Below, in pieces: positions 10,506-19,462 of a DNA stretch of 64,000 bases (its first letter is position 1; every line of letters begins with the position of its first letter). Source of the stretch: a phage; NCBI GenBank assembly GCA_020619395.1, contig GCA_020619395.1_4860.1. One strand, written 5' to 3'. The notes beneath the pieces were generated by a model. It searched no databases. It was not told the DNA's origin and was given only the letters and a program-made list of their open reading frames with translations. A program made the translations under genes and the position numbers.

Positions 10506-10808
10506 TTAATCTTCTGTAGCAGCTTTAGGTTTATTAACCAATTCGTCGAGCATGATACCAATCGCCAGAGGGTCGTTCTGGAAAGGTTCTAGCTTTTCCA
10601 ATACCTTTGTATCCTTTGCTGCTTTTAACGCCTTCAGGAGGCCTTTACGGGCGTTATAGAAGATTTGCCAGCGACGTCCATGACTGATCGCAGTTTTGGC
10701 TTTGTGGAAGTCGGCTAAGAAAGCTTCAGTCGCTTTGTTTTCAGGTAACTCAAAGCGAAAACGCACACTACGCTCAAAATCCATATTGACAACAATGAAC
10801 TTTACCAT
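10506..10808 (-). CDS. hypothetical small protein (100 aa)
   Basis: ORF between terminator and next small gene. Confidence 0.45.
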   Translation of the reverse strand: MVKFIVVNMDFERSVRFRFELPENKATEAFLADFHKAKTAISHGRRWQIFYNARKGLLKALKAAKDTKVLEKLEPFQNDPLAIGIMLDELVNKPKAATED

Positions 10809-10842
10809 GCTCGAACCTCATTATAGAGCTACTCTATAATAA

Positions 10843-11109
10843 TTACACCAGCGTAATGTGGTACTTATCAATGTCAGGGAATCGCTCTTTGATCATCCCG
10901 CAGAACATACCCAACACCGGATCAACTTTTGCAGCCTTCTCCATCTCAGGAAAAACACTACGCAGCGGCACGCCAGGGTTCTGCCCTGCCGTTTTCTTAA
11001 GCTCTTCTTTATACTTTGCCAACAGAGATTTAACCCCAGCTGTCTTCGGGAAGCCGCACCCCGCGACCCCATCGTTTTCAAAATAGATTACTGCTTCAAC
11101 ACTAGACAT
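10843..11109 (-). CDS. hypothetical small protein (88 aa)
   Basis: Perfect AAGGAG ribosome-binding site upstream of the ATG at 11109 (internal Met of the longer track ORF). Confidence 0.5.
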   Translation of the reverse strand: MSSVEAVIYFENDGVAGCGFPKTAGVKSLLAKYKEELKKTAGQNPGVPLRSVFPEMEKAAKVDPVLGMFCGMIKERFPDIDKYHITLV

Positions 11110-11149
11110 TTTAATACTCCTTTTCACGATAGAATAAAAAATAATAATA

Positions 11150-11167
11150 GGAGACCCGAAGGTCTCC
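11150..11167 (-). terminator. rho-independent terminator
   Basis: Hairpin ggagacc-cgaa-ggtctcc directly after the stop of 11175..12845, T-run on minus strand. Confidence 0.6.
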
Positions 11168-11174
11168 GTATTAC

Positions 11175-12845
11175 TTAGTACAACACTGGTGCAGTTTTCT
11201 CACCATTGCTCAGAAGCAAGTAAGTGTGCTGCGGCAGCTGCATCAATACAATTGCATGTGGCACGTTTTCCTGCACTGCTTCGTAGATAGACACAACCGG
11301 GTCTGCGGTATTGCCCAGAGACGCTACCGTAACTACGTCATGTTTATCAACAGAATGGTACATGCCTGGAATCACGATGGTGAACTGGCTCTGAATCAGA
11401 TTAACCACCTTGCCAGAATCGCTCAGCTTGATAGTCAGTTTGCGCAGAGAGTTCGCCACCATCAGGAACAGGTCACGGAACCAGTCTTCATATTCACTTA
11501 CGCCGTTGTCGCCAGCGGTTGCAGTGAACAGATCTTTTACGAAGAAGTCGATATCGCTGATTTTCCGTTCGAAATCGATAGCTTTGAACTTCGGCACATC
11601 TTTACCACGCTTAGTGCCCAGCGACAGCGCGTTGTGTACCAGGAAAGTGATATTCGCCAGGTACGCATTAGCAAAGCGAGAAATTTCACTGATAACCACT
11701 TCTGCTTCGCTGCTGTTCGCAATCGCATAGTCGTGCAGTTCTTTCGTGTTCTTACGCAGCTCATCGATCGTACGTTTCACCTTAGCCATGATAGTTTCAA
11801 CATCTTCTACCAACGCCAAGTTGTCGAGATCGGATTTCAGTGCGTCGTGCTTAGCAACAAATTGCTTCATGCGTTCGCACATATCAGTGTTAACACCGAC
11901 CAGATACGCGCGATAACTATCCCGTGCACGCACAATCAGGTCAGCCCCGTCGTAGAAAACAACCTCTTCATTACCGTTAAAGATATCTTGCAACGGTGTA
12001 GCCCAATCACGCGTTTCCGCGTAAACAGATTGCTTAATGCGACTGTTAGCTTCCTTCGCTGGGATCGACATTTTAAGCTCGGGGGTTTTCAGCTCGTGAA
12101 GTGCGTAGTCTTCCATCAAATCAATCTCCTGCAGAATGTTGTTAATTGGGCCATTGGTAGTGTCCTTCTCGGTTTCTTCTGTTGCGCCGAGTGGGGAAAG
12201 CACTGGGTTATTAACTGTAGCATTAGACACCGGCATTGGTTGTACAGGCACCGGTGCTGGTTCAGGCTGGGGCTGTTGTGCTGGGGCTACTTGCGCCGGT
12301 TGTGGGTTCAGAATAGGATCACTGACCAGGTTAAGACCTGCACCGCCAGCAATCACGGTTAGTGCCGCATCTGTGTTACCAATCTTAACACCACCGGATG
12401 GCGCAGAAGACATAGTCAAGCCGTCAGTAACACGCACACCGCCAGAACTGTTACCGCCCAGTAACCCGCCTGCGTTGCTACCACCACCTAAACCACCACT
12501 GCCACCCAAACCGCCGGACTGCTGAGAACGAATTTCGGCAAGAATCTTACCGACTTGTTCCCAAGCATTAACCAGTTTGGTGTGACGATCGTCGTTATAC
12601 GCGTCGCCTGCGTTATGCACTTGCTGATAGGCAGCTGCTTTATACGCATCGACTGCATATGCGATAACCTGTGCTTCACTACCCCCTTTGGATGCTGCCC
12701 ATGCCGCAACATACGTCGCAATCTTTAACGCCTGATCTGGCGGAATGCTACGACTACGCATCACGTTATTCAACTGCGACAGTACCGCGTCCTGATCGAG
12801 GTGTTTAACGATGACGTTTTTGATTTGTTCAACAGTAATGCTCAT
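11175..12845 (-). CDS. hypothetical protein with internal Gly-rich and Pro/Gln-rich linkers
   Basis: AAGGAG ribosome-binding site; internal GGLGGSGGLGGGSNAGGLLGG and PQPAQVAPAQQPQPEPAPVPVQP low-complexity segments. Confidence 0.55.
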   Translation of the reverse strand: MSITVEQIKNVIVKHLDQDAVLSQLNNVMRSRSIPPDQALKIATYVAAWAASKGGSEAQVIAYAVDAYKAAAYQQVHNAGDAYNDDRHTKLVNAWEQVGKILAEIRSQQSGGLGGSGGLGGGSNAGGLLGGNSSGGVRVTDGLTMSSAPSGGVKIGNTDAALTVIAGGAGLNLVSDPILNPQPAQVAPAQQPQPEPAPVPVQPMPVSNATVNNPVLSPLGATEETEKDTTNGPINNILQEIDLMEDYALHELKTPELKMSIPAKEANSRIKQSVYAETRDWATPLQDIFNGNEEVVFYDGADLIVRARDSYRAYLVGVNTDMCERMKQFVAKHDALKSDLDNLALVEDVETIMAKVKRTIDELRKNTKELHDYAIANSSEAEVVISEISRFANAYLANITFLVHNALSLGTKRGKDVPKFKAIDFERKISDIDFFVKDLFTATAGDNGVSEYEDWFRDLFLMVANSLRKLTIKLSDSGKVVNLIQSQFTIVIPGMYHSVDKHDVVTVASLGNTADPVVSIYEAVQENVPHAIVLMQLPQHTYLLLSNGEKTAPVLY

Positions 12846-12876
12846 TGTAAATAATACTCCTTAAGAGATGTAATAA

Positions 12877-14655
12877 TTAGCGGCCGATTTTAGCAATGTC
12901 TTCTTCGGTCGGTCTGATGTACGGGTCCAGTTTAGGATTCCGCATCATTACCAAACTTGGGTTGGTCTTCATGTACGGGTTGAGGATGTTCGCCTTAAAC
13001 GGTGCCGACTTAGGAATATAATAGACGTTACCACATTCCAGATGCGACGCGGATGCGTGCTTAGTACGGTCGTTCAAGTTAACGGTCTTGCCTCCTTTCT
13101 TCGAACGCTTAGCATCGGTTTCGGTTTGACCGATGGCGTGCGTAGACACTGCCAATACCATTGATTCTGTAGAGGCATTGAAGAAACTGATACCGCCGTT
13201 GCTCGTAATGGTGCGCATCACCAGATTGAGCACGATCTGTTTGTTCAGTGCGTCTCGAATAGACTTTGCCGCTGTCTCTGGAGTCCGATGTTCCAACTGC
13301 CCCAGCTTCCAACGTATTTTCGAGATCGTTGTGGTAAAGCCACGTTGGCCCAACAGTAAGTAATCGGTTACCGTGAGACGTTTTCCGTACATAGACGGAA
13401 TATCATCTTGTTTGGTAAGACGAGTACGCACCATCAGCTGCGTGGTGTACCAGAGGAAATCAAACATATCCAAATCATCAGGGATGGACGGATCGTTTGC
13501 CATCAGCTCACCACGGAAGGTGCTGTTGACATAGCGTTCACATTCCTGGAAGTGGCTGTCCATACTGCGACTCAGTTCGATATCCGAAGGCTTCAGTCCG
13601 CGAATACTGCGGCCCAACACTTCACGCCAAGACGCTGCAGAGTTGAGGTTTGCAATATCTTCGTCCATTGCCATTTCATTAATCTGTGTAAACAGCCCCG
13701 GCAGTGTTGGTGCACGACCGTTCTTACTGTTCTGTTTACCTGCGTAATAGTGCGCCGCTTTGAAGAATGCGGCAGTCGCTACCAGCAACAGATGTTCGTT
13801 TTGATCCCAACGCCCTGCATCGGTGTTAGGCATATCTTCACGTTTAACCAACAGCACGTACTGGATGGTCTTCGCGAGTTGTGGCTCACCAGATTGAATC
13901 ACCACATACTTCGTTAAGTCCACATCACGTACTTTAATCGCTGGCCAAATCGTCACATCAACGCCCGCATAACGCTTCACGGCTTGTTTAAAGCCATAAC
14001 GCCCAAAGAGCCAATACATCAGTGGCTTCTCATCTGTGTCGTGTCCAATCTGTCCAGTGGAGACAAACAGATTCGATGTACCTGGCAAGAACAGCTGCTC
14101 AGGGCGACCATTCACCAGAATCTTCGTTGGTTTCTTACAGAACTTGATAGACACCTTGCGAGTGAAGTCAAAGTTAATAAAGATACCACCGTGCTCACGA
14201 CATATACCAGGTTGATGGATTACAGGTGCTACGTGGTACGTTGTACCATAGTAGTTCATTAAGCCGCCACGACGAATAAACGGCAGGCTCATTGGTCGTT
14301 GCACCGGGCGAGGATCGCCTGGAACTCGGAACGAGGCCATTACCATATACGTGTCAGTGGATGAGATGTTAATAATTGACCGGCCACGATTGTTTCGTGA
14401 ATTGTTATCCGACTTCGATAACTTAAAGATAAAAGCTTCAAACGGGGACATCTGACGGCAGCCTAACACCGTTAACCCTTCTGGTAATTTCGGGTTATCG
14501 ATTTCATCATACGTCAACTCACGACGTAGAATGGTTGCCACACGATCATGTATCCCGTCTTTAGCTTGTGTGTACCCAACTCCTTCTGCAATTGCACGAT
14601 TAAAAGGCACTATTTCGCCTGCCTCTTTAATCTTCCTAATCGCATCTTTAAACAC
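12877..14655 (-). CDS. multisubunit RNA polymerase beta-subunit homolog, N-terminal half (split rpoB-like)
   Basis: YGTTYHVAPVIHQPGI...FINFDF parallels E. coli RpoB NGTERVIVSQLHRSPGV...WLDFEFD; HASASHLECGNVYYIPKSAPFKANIL parallels [22 protein letters not shown]; protein ends where bacterial beta continues. GTG start with GGGAGG ribosome-binding site. Confidence 0.7.
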   Translation of the reverse strand: MFKDAIRKIKEAGEIVPFNRAIAEGVGYTQAKDGIHDRVATILRRELTYDEIDNPKLPEGLTVLGCRQMSPFEAFIFKLSKSDNNSRNNRGRSIINISSTDTYMVMASFRVPGDPRPVQRPMSLPFIRRGGLMNYYGTTYHVAPVIHQPGICREHGGIFINFDFTRKVSIKFCKKPTKILVNGRPEQLFLPGTSNLFVSTGQIGHDTDEKPLMYWLFGRYGFKQAVKRYAGVDVTIWPAIKVRDVDLTKYVVIQSGEPQLAKTIQYVLLVKREDMPNTDAGRWDQNEHLLLVATAAFFKAAHYYAGKQNSKNGRAPTLPGLFTQINEMAMDEDIANLNSAASWREVLGRSIRGLKPSDIELSRSMDSHFQECERYVNSTFRGELMANDPSIPDDLDMFDFLWYTTQLMVRTRLTKQDDIPSMYGKRLTVTDYLLLGQRGFTTTISKIRWKLGQLEHRTPETAAKSIRDALNKQIVLNLVMRTITSNGGISFFNASTESMVLAVSTHAIGQTETDAKRSKKGGKTVNLNDRTKHASASHLECGNVYYIPKSAPFKANILNPYMKTNPSLVMMRNPKLDPYIRPTEEDIAKIGR

Positions 14656-14666
14656 ACCGGCCTCCC

Positions 14667-15671
14667 TCAGAGAATCATCCCAACGAGTGCTACCCCTGCA
14701 GCCAAATACGCGGGAATGGATTTCAAGAACTCCGAGCTATCTTTTCGCTGATAAGCTCGGGACTCGTATTGGTCTTTACGAACATCGGAACGCAACTTAA
14801 GCTCATTCGTCTGGATTGTGTTAAGGGTGTTAATCCTCTCCTTCTCTAGCGCCAGATTATTAAGTTGTGTACGATAATCGAGGTCTTGCCGATTCTTTTT
14901 CTCATCGAGATCTTGCAACTTGGCCTGATACGTGGCTTCCAGCTTCGCACGAACATCTCGCAACTCTGGAATGTTATCGAGCCACCGATAACGCCTCGCT
15001 TCATCTTCAGATGCAAACGCCCGGAACGGGGACATCGGGTCATCGAAAGAGTACATTATCATCTTACCCCCTTCGACGCACTCCGCACCACCGATTACCA
15101 TGTAAATACCCTCGTCGTAATATTTCGATCGAATCGGTTCGACTTCCAACATCGTTGTATAGAACCTCAGCCACTTTAAAGGTGCTGGGTCTTCGTACTT
15201 CTGTACAACTACCACGCCCAAGGCAAATTCTTTACGATCCCCTCCTGGCTTACCAATAACCTCAGAATCGAGTTTTACTGGTTGAGTAGAGAAAGCCATT
15301 CCTAGCTTCTTCAACACCACCAAGTCGCCTCGCATTAACGCACCGATATCATCAACTACATACATCAGCGTTGTTTCGCCGTTCGTAGTTAATTCCTTAC
15401 ATATCTGCGCATACTGCTTTGGCGAATGTGCGTCGCGCAAACCAGATAGGTTCGCACCGTTCGCAAACACCGTATAGGTCACGTAAATAACAATCCCAAA
15501 TTCCGCCGCTGTGGTGGACGACGGGGCTAAAACAAAATGCCCGCCACTGAGTTCAGTGACGTATATGGGAAACCCGGTATTATTTTCGTACGTGATAGTC
15601 TTCGACACGGCACCACGGTGCATGGGCCGCTGGGTTAGCGTTGGCTGAACGTCTAAATCATAACGGTTCAT
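14667..15671 (-). CDS. hypothetical protein with C-terminal hydrophobic anchor
   Basis: Track ORF starts with TTG at 15695; first ATG at 15669-15671; C-terminus IPAYLAAGVALVGMIL is hydrophobic. Confidence 0.5.
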   Translation of the reverse strand: MNRYDLDVQPTLTQRPMHRGAVSKTITYENNTGFPIYVTELSGGHFVLAPSSTTAAEFGIVIYVTYTVFANGANLSGLRDAHSPKQYAQICKELTTNGETTLMYVVDDIGALMRGDLVVLKKLGMAFSTQPVKLDSEVIGKPGGDRKEFALGVVVVQKYEDPAPLKWLRFYTTMLEVEPIRSKYYDEGIYMVIGGAECVEGGKMIMYSFDDPMSPFRAFASEDEARRYRWLDNIPELRDVRAKLEATYQAKLQDLDEKKNRQDLDYRTQLNNLALEKERINTLNTIQTNELKLRSDVRKDQYESRAYQRKDSSEFLKSIPAYLAAGVALVGMIL

Positions 15672-15704
15672 TGAGCATCCCAGTAATAATACCAAAAGAA
15701 TTAT

Positions 15705-15730
15705 TCACGTAGATAATATCTATCTCAGAT
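15705..15730 (-). promoter_or_regulatory. conserved 26-nt AT-rich promoter-like motif (copy C)
   Basis: tcacgtagataatatctatctcagat, about 34 nt upstream of the minus-strand start; one of six copies of the same motif. Confidence 0.5.
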
Positions 15731-15776
15731 TACTTTGGGCACGGGTTCATACCCAGTGCCCGTAACGTAAAAAACT

Positions 15777-16475
15777 TTAGGGTATTAGGCGTTGGGCTAT
15801 TTCGCGGAGTTGGTCGCGGGTTAAATCAGCCAACTTCTGGTCGCCGAAGCCCAACTTCAGACCCAGCTCGTATCCAGCTTGCGGATACGTGTTCGTGTTT
15901 GCTACTGAGAGGAGTGCATCGGCTATCTTTACCATCGTTAACTCGAGAGACGCATACGGGGCGGGGATCGGCTGATTCACGATTTGGTAATTATAACGCA
16001 CTGCGGCGTTATCGTAGTCAAACTCCATCCTTCTGCCGAGAACGTTAAACGACTCCGCAGAATAACTACCAAGTGGGTGATTGGCTTTTTCCCACAAATC
16101 TTTCCGTTCAGTAAACCCAGTCGCGAAGTTCTGACGTATGGTGTCGAATATTTGCGTTGCCTGGCTAGGGTGTATATCTTTCAGCTCATTGTAGTCGTAG
16201 TCGGCGATGGAATATAGAGTGAACACAACACCGTTTATATTTAACTGCGGATAATCCATCCGCAAACTGTCATCACCTTGTAAATGAAGTTCCCACATCC
16301 TTACCCACTGCAATATCGCGCTTACCGCATCGTGACTGAGATAAAAATTAGTAGGTTCTTCAGGATTTTCACGGAAGAGAACGGAGCATTCCGAAACAAA
16401 AAAGCCGGCTGCCATAAATCCTCTGCCGTCGAACATAGGCGCAACTAATCTTGATTTTTCTAAATTGATTACCAT
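15777..16475 (-). CDS. hypothetical protein (232 aa)
   Basis: AAGGAG ribosome-binding site upstream of ATG at 16475. Confidence 0.55.
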   Translation of the reverse strand: MVINLEKSRLVAPMFDGRGFMAAGFFVSECSVLFRENPEEPTNFYLSHDAVSAILQWVRMWELHLQGDDSLRMDYPQLNINGVVFTLYSIADYDYNELKDIHPSQATQIFDTIRQNFATGFTERKDLWEKANHPLGSYSAESFNVLGRRMEFDYDNAAVRYNYQIVNQPIPAPYASLELTMVKIADALLSVANTNTYPQAGYELGLKLGFGDQKLADLTRDQLREIAQRLIP

Positions 16476-16511
16476 TACTGTCTCCTTAAGTTAAAACCGA
16501 ACGACTCTCTC

Positions 16512-16538
16512 CCTAAGATAATATCTATCTATAAAATT
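16512..16538 (-). promoter_or_regulatory. conserved AT-rich promoter-like motif (copy D)
   Basis: tccctaagataatatctatctataaaat, about 37 nt upstream of ATG 16475 and just downstream of the terminator of the preceding operon. Confidence 0.5.
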
Positions 16539-16555
16539 TTAGAAAAAAAGAAAAA

Positions 16556-16579
16556 GCTTACTCCCCGAAGGGAGTAAGC
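16556..16579 (-). terminator. rho-independent terminator
   Basis: gcttactccc-cgaa-gggagtaagc hairpin with flanking A/T runs after the stop of 16611..18911. Confidence 0.7.
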
Positions 16580-16610
16580 TAATCTTAGGCAACGTAATCC
16601 TTACGGATTA

Positions 16611-18911
16611 TTAGCCGCCAGCGCCTTCACCGCCAGTACCTGGCTGGGTAGCACCGCCGCCAACATCACCAGCATTACCGCCGTCAGTACCATTAGTACC
16701 GTTGGAAGTAGTAGTGACGTTGAACGCCAGTTTCTCTTCCACGAACTTGGTGATACCTTTAATCCAGATCAGACCAGTGATCGGGCAGTGGCAGATGTGC
16801 GCGTTACGAGGCTGTACTGCCAGCTCTTTGCTGGTAGCGCCGTTACGCTGGATGTTGATGTTGGTTACCATGATCGGAGACCAGAAGTGGTTACCCCAGT
16901 TCAGAACACAGTAAGAACCATCATCAGCGGTTGGAACTTTCAGAACCCACTGCAGGCGACGAGTCCAGCTGCCGTCAGCTTCGTTCTTCACACGCCAGCG
17001 GTCATCGTTGGTGGTGATAACTTCGTACTCGTAGCGATCGCCCAGCAGACGCTGGTCGCCCTGAACCAGCAGCAGCATTGCAGCAGTCGGTTCGTCAGTT
17101 GCGATAACAACTTTCGGCAGCGCGTTCGGGTCCGCAGTCAGCAGGCGCAGAGCCGGCATGAAGCGAGAGTCCTGAATAGCACGAGTTACCTGGTCACCGA
17201 TACGCTGTACCAGACCCTGACGGGCGTTGATGAGCGCATCTTTGGTATCCAGAGACTGGATCACTTTGTCCACTTCGTAGTCGCTTTCGCTGTACCACGG
17301 AGCAACCCAGTGACGGCCCAGGCCGCGGATAGCAGGTTTGTCCCACGGAGTGATCATGGACGCAGCTGCGTTCTTAACCGCTTCGGTGTAAGACAGAGTC
17401 TGAGTAATAGCCAGCATTTCGTTACGGATGTTAACCGCAGAAACGAGGTCGTCCAGACGTTCGGTGTCGTCGTATTCAACGCCAACCGGAGATTTGGTCA
17501 TGATTGGAGAACCGTACTGCAGTTTGTAGTTCTCTTGTTCCCAAATCGGGTCGAGCAGAAGGCCCTGGGTTCTCCGGTTCTCGTTGGTACGAGTACCGTC
17601 GAAGCGCCAGCCCAGCAGCTCCAGTTTCAGGTTGTCGATGATGACTTTGCCGGTGCCGCTTTCGATATCAACAGCAGTACCAGTTGCGTCGTACAGACCT
17701 TCGATTTCCAGAGACGGTGCAGTCACGTCAACACGACCAGAGAACTGACCGTTGGTGAACAGAGACATGCTGATGTTCATGGAATAACGAATGGTGTAGT
17801 CGTTCTGTGCCAGAGCGGCCAGTGCCGGGATTTCAGCACCTTTCCAGTCCAGAGACTTGGCGTTCAGGGAGAACACGGTGCGACGGAACTGCAGGACCAG
17901 CTCACGGCCGTCACCTTCAGGAGGACGCTGGAAGGTAGCGAACTGCATGTCGCGTACGTTCAGTTTGATCAGTGCGCCATCTTTCGCTTCTTCGGTCGGC
18001 TTACGCACAGACAGCAGCAGGCTACCCAGCGCTGCACCCGGTGCGATTTCGTCGGTTTCGTCGTAACCTTCCTGCACGATACCCGGATGGGCAGACAGCT
18101 GGAACAGGTTCAGACGACGCTCAGAGAAGCTCAGGTAGTTGGTCGGATACGCCGGCACACGACCCAGCTGAACGTTTTCGTTTTCGATGATGTCTTCGGA
18201 TACGAAGAACTTCGCGTTCTCACCGGTTTCCATCACGTAAGGAACGATACGGATAGCATCGTCCTGCAGGACTTTGTGGTTAGACAGCGCGTTATGCAGC
18301 GGCTGACGGTTGTCTTCAACCACGTCTTTGGTCAGCAGGGCGTTCAGGATACCACGAGTTACAGTAGTAACTTTGGTACGAACGGTGATGCCGACGTCGT
18401 TGGTGTCCACAGTGATGGTCGGGAACAGGGTTTCTGCAAACTTGGATTGAGTTTCCAGAGCACGCACGTTCAGCGTCCAGGTCAGACCCAGGTTTTTGTC
18501 CAGGTCTTTGTTGGTGTAGTATTCGGTTGCGACCAGCGGAGTTTTACCGTAGTCAGCAGCCAGAGATGCTGCACCGGAAATAGCGATCGGCATGTAGCTG
18601 GCATATTCCGGCTTCGCGCTCTCAGCAGCAACACGGGTCATGAAGTCATCTTCGTGACCGGCAGCAGCCAGAATCATCGCAGAAGCAACCTGAGCAGCGT
18701 GGCTCATGGTTTTGCCAGGGTTTACAGCTTCGTAGTGCTGCTGAGCAGTGTCACGCAGGTTGGTGAAGCCGGCAGCATTTTTACGTACAGATTCGCCAAC
18801 GGCTACGGTTTGCCATACGTCATTAGCGGAAGAGCCTGCCTTGGCAGCAGCGACCAGAGCATTGCCCTGCTGAACCAGCTGGTCCAGACTAGCGATACGG
18901 GTATCTTTCAT
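16611..18911 (-). CDS. abundant structural protein, putative major capsid protein (766 aa)
   Basis: Size matches the roughly 750-aa major capsid proteins of phiKZ-like phages; strongly biased high-expression-like codon usage; strong terminator. Product call is by size and context only. Confidence 0.4.
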   Translation of the reverse strand: MKDTRIASLDQLVQQGNALVAAAKAGSSANDVWQTVAVGESVRKNAAGFTNLRDTAQQHYEAVNPGKTMSHAAQVASAMILAAAGHEDDFMTRVAAESAKPEYASYMPIAISGAASLAADYGKTPLVATEYYTNKDLDKNLGLTWTLNVRALETQSKFAETLFPTITVDTNDVGITVRTKVTTVTRGILNALLTKDVVEDNRQPLHNALSNHKVLQDDAIRIVPYVMETGENAKFFVSEDIIENENVQLGRVPAYPTNYLSFSERRLNLFQLSAHPGIVQEGYDETDEIAPGAALGSLLLSVRKPTEEAKDGALIKLNVRDMQFATFQRPPEGDGRELVLQFRRTVFSLNAKSLDWKGAEIPALAALAQNDYTIRYSMNISMSLFTNGQFSGRVDVTAPSLEIEGLYDATGTAVDIESGTGKVIIDNLKLELLGWRFDGTRTNENRRTQGLLLDPIWEQENYKLQYGSPIMTKSPVGVEYDDTERLDDLVSAVNIRNEMLAITQTLSYTEAVKNAAASMITPWDKPAIRGLGRHWVAPWYSESDYEVDKVIQSLDTKDALINARQGLVQRIGDQVTRAIQDSRFMPALRLLTADPNALPKVVIATDEPTAAMLLLVQGDQRLLGDRYEYEVITTNDDRWRVKNEADGSWTRRLQWVLKVPTADDGSYCVLNWGNHFWSPIMVTNINIQRNGATSKELAVQPRNAHICHCPITGLIWIKGITKFVEEKLAFNVTTTSNGTNGTDGGNAGDVGGGATQPGTGGEGAGG

Positions 18912-18923
18912 TTCAAGTTTACC

Positions 18924-19448
18924 TTATTTAGATAAATGACATGCGTACAACTGCGTCAGCACTTCGTGCGCAGCAAACTGCGTCGACGTACTGAACGTAT
19001 CATCCACGACACGAGTCTTGGGACGCATATATTTAAAAAGTTCTGCGCAGAACATCTTTTTCGCAGCGTGGTCTTCACTTAAAGAAAAACCCGGTCCGGA
19101 TTTAGCTTCTGCAAAAGACGCCACAACAACATCGCCACGTTGTGAGAACACCCAACGTAAACGACCGTCGAATGATTCCCCATATAAATCAGCAAGGGTT
19201 TCATTCGTACCTTTCTCAACCAGGTTTAAGACCTGGTCATAATAAAGAGTCGGAAGTGCAGGTGGTGCCATAATCGATTTATAAATCGAAATAGGGTCAC
19301 TCACTGGCAGTATGATGGAACTAAAGCCCGACGAGCAGTCATATAACCAGTTAAAGAAGCTTGCTTGGAGTTCCTCCAACTTTTTAACGCCAGCCCCTTT
19401 ATCTATGTTAGATTGAACTTCCCACGGTGGACTAAAACGAATTTGCAT
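18924..19448 (-). CDS. hypothetical protein
   Basis: Track ORF extends to 19502 and overlaps the divergent plus gene; first ATG (MQIRFSPPWEV...) is at 19448. Confidence 0.45.
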   Translation of the reverse strand: MQIRFSPPWEVQSNIDKGAGVKKLEELQASFFNWLYDCSSGFSSIILPVSDPISIYKSIMAPPALPTLYYDQVLNLVEKGTNETLADLYGESFDGRLRWVFSQRGDVVVASFAEAKSGPGFSLSEDHAAKKMFCAELFKYMRPKTRVVDDTFSTSTQFAAHEVLTQLYACHLSK

Positions 19449-19462
19449 TTTAAGGATGCTCC

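Noticed and set aside
16788-18935. Long plus-strand ORFs antisense to large minus-strand genes (16788..18935, 11226..12362, 51373..52080, 36473..37129, 33594..34082 and similar)
   Set aside because: They lie entirely inside better-supported genes on the opposite strand, have Arg/Val/Gln/Phe-rich composition typical of antisense frames, and lack ribosome-binding sites or operon context; treated as shadow ORFs.
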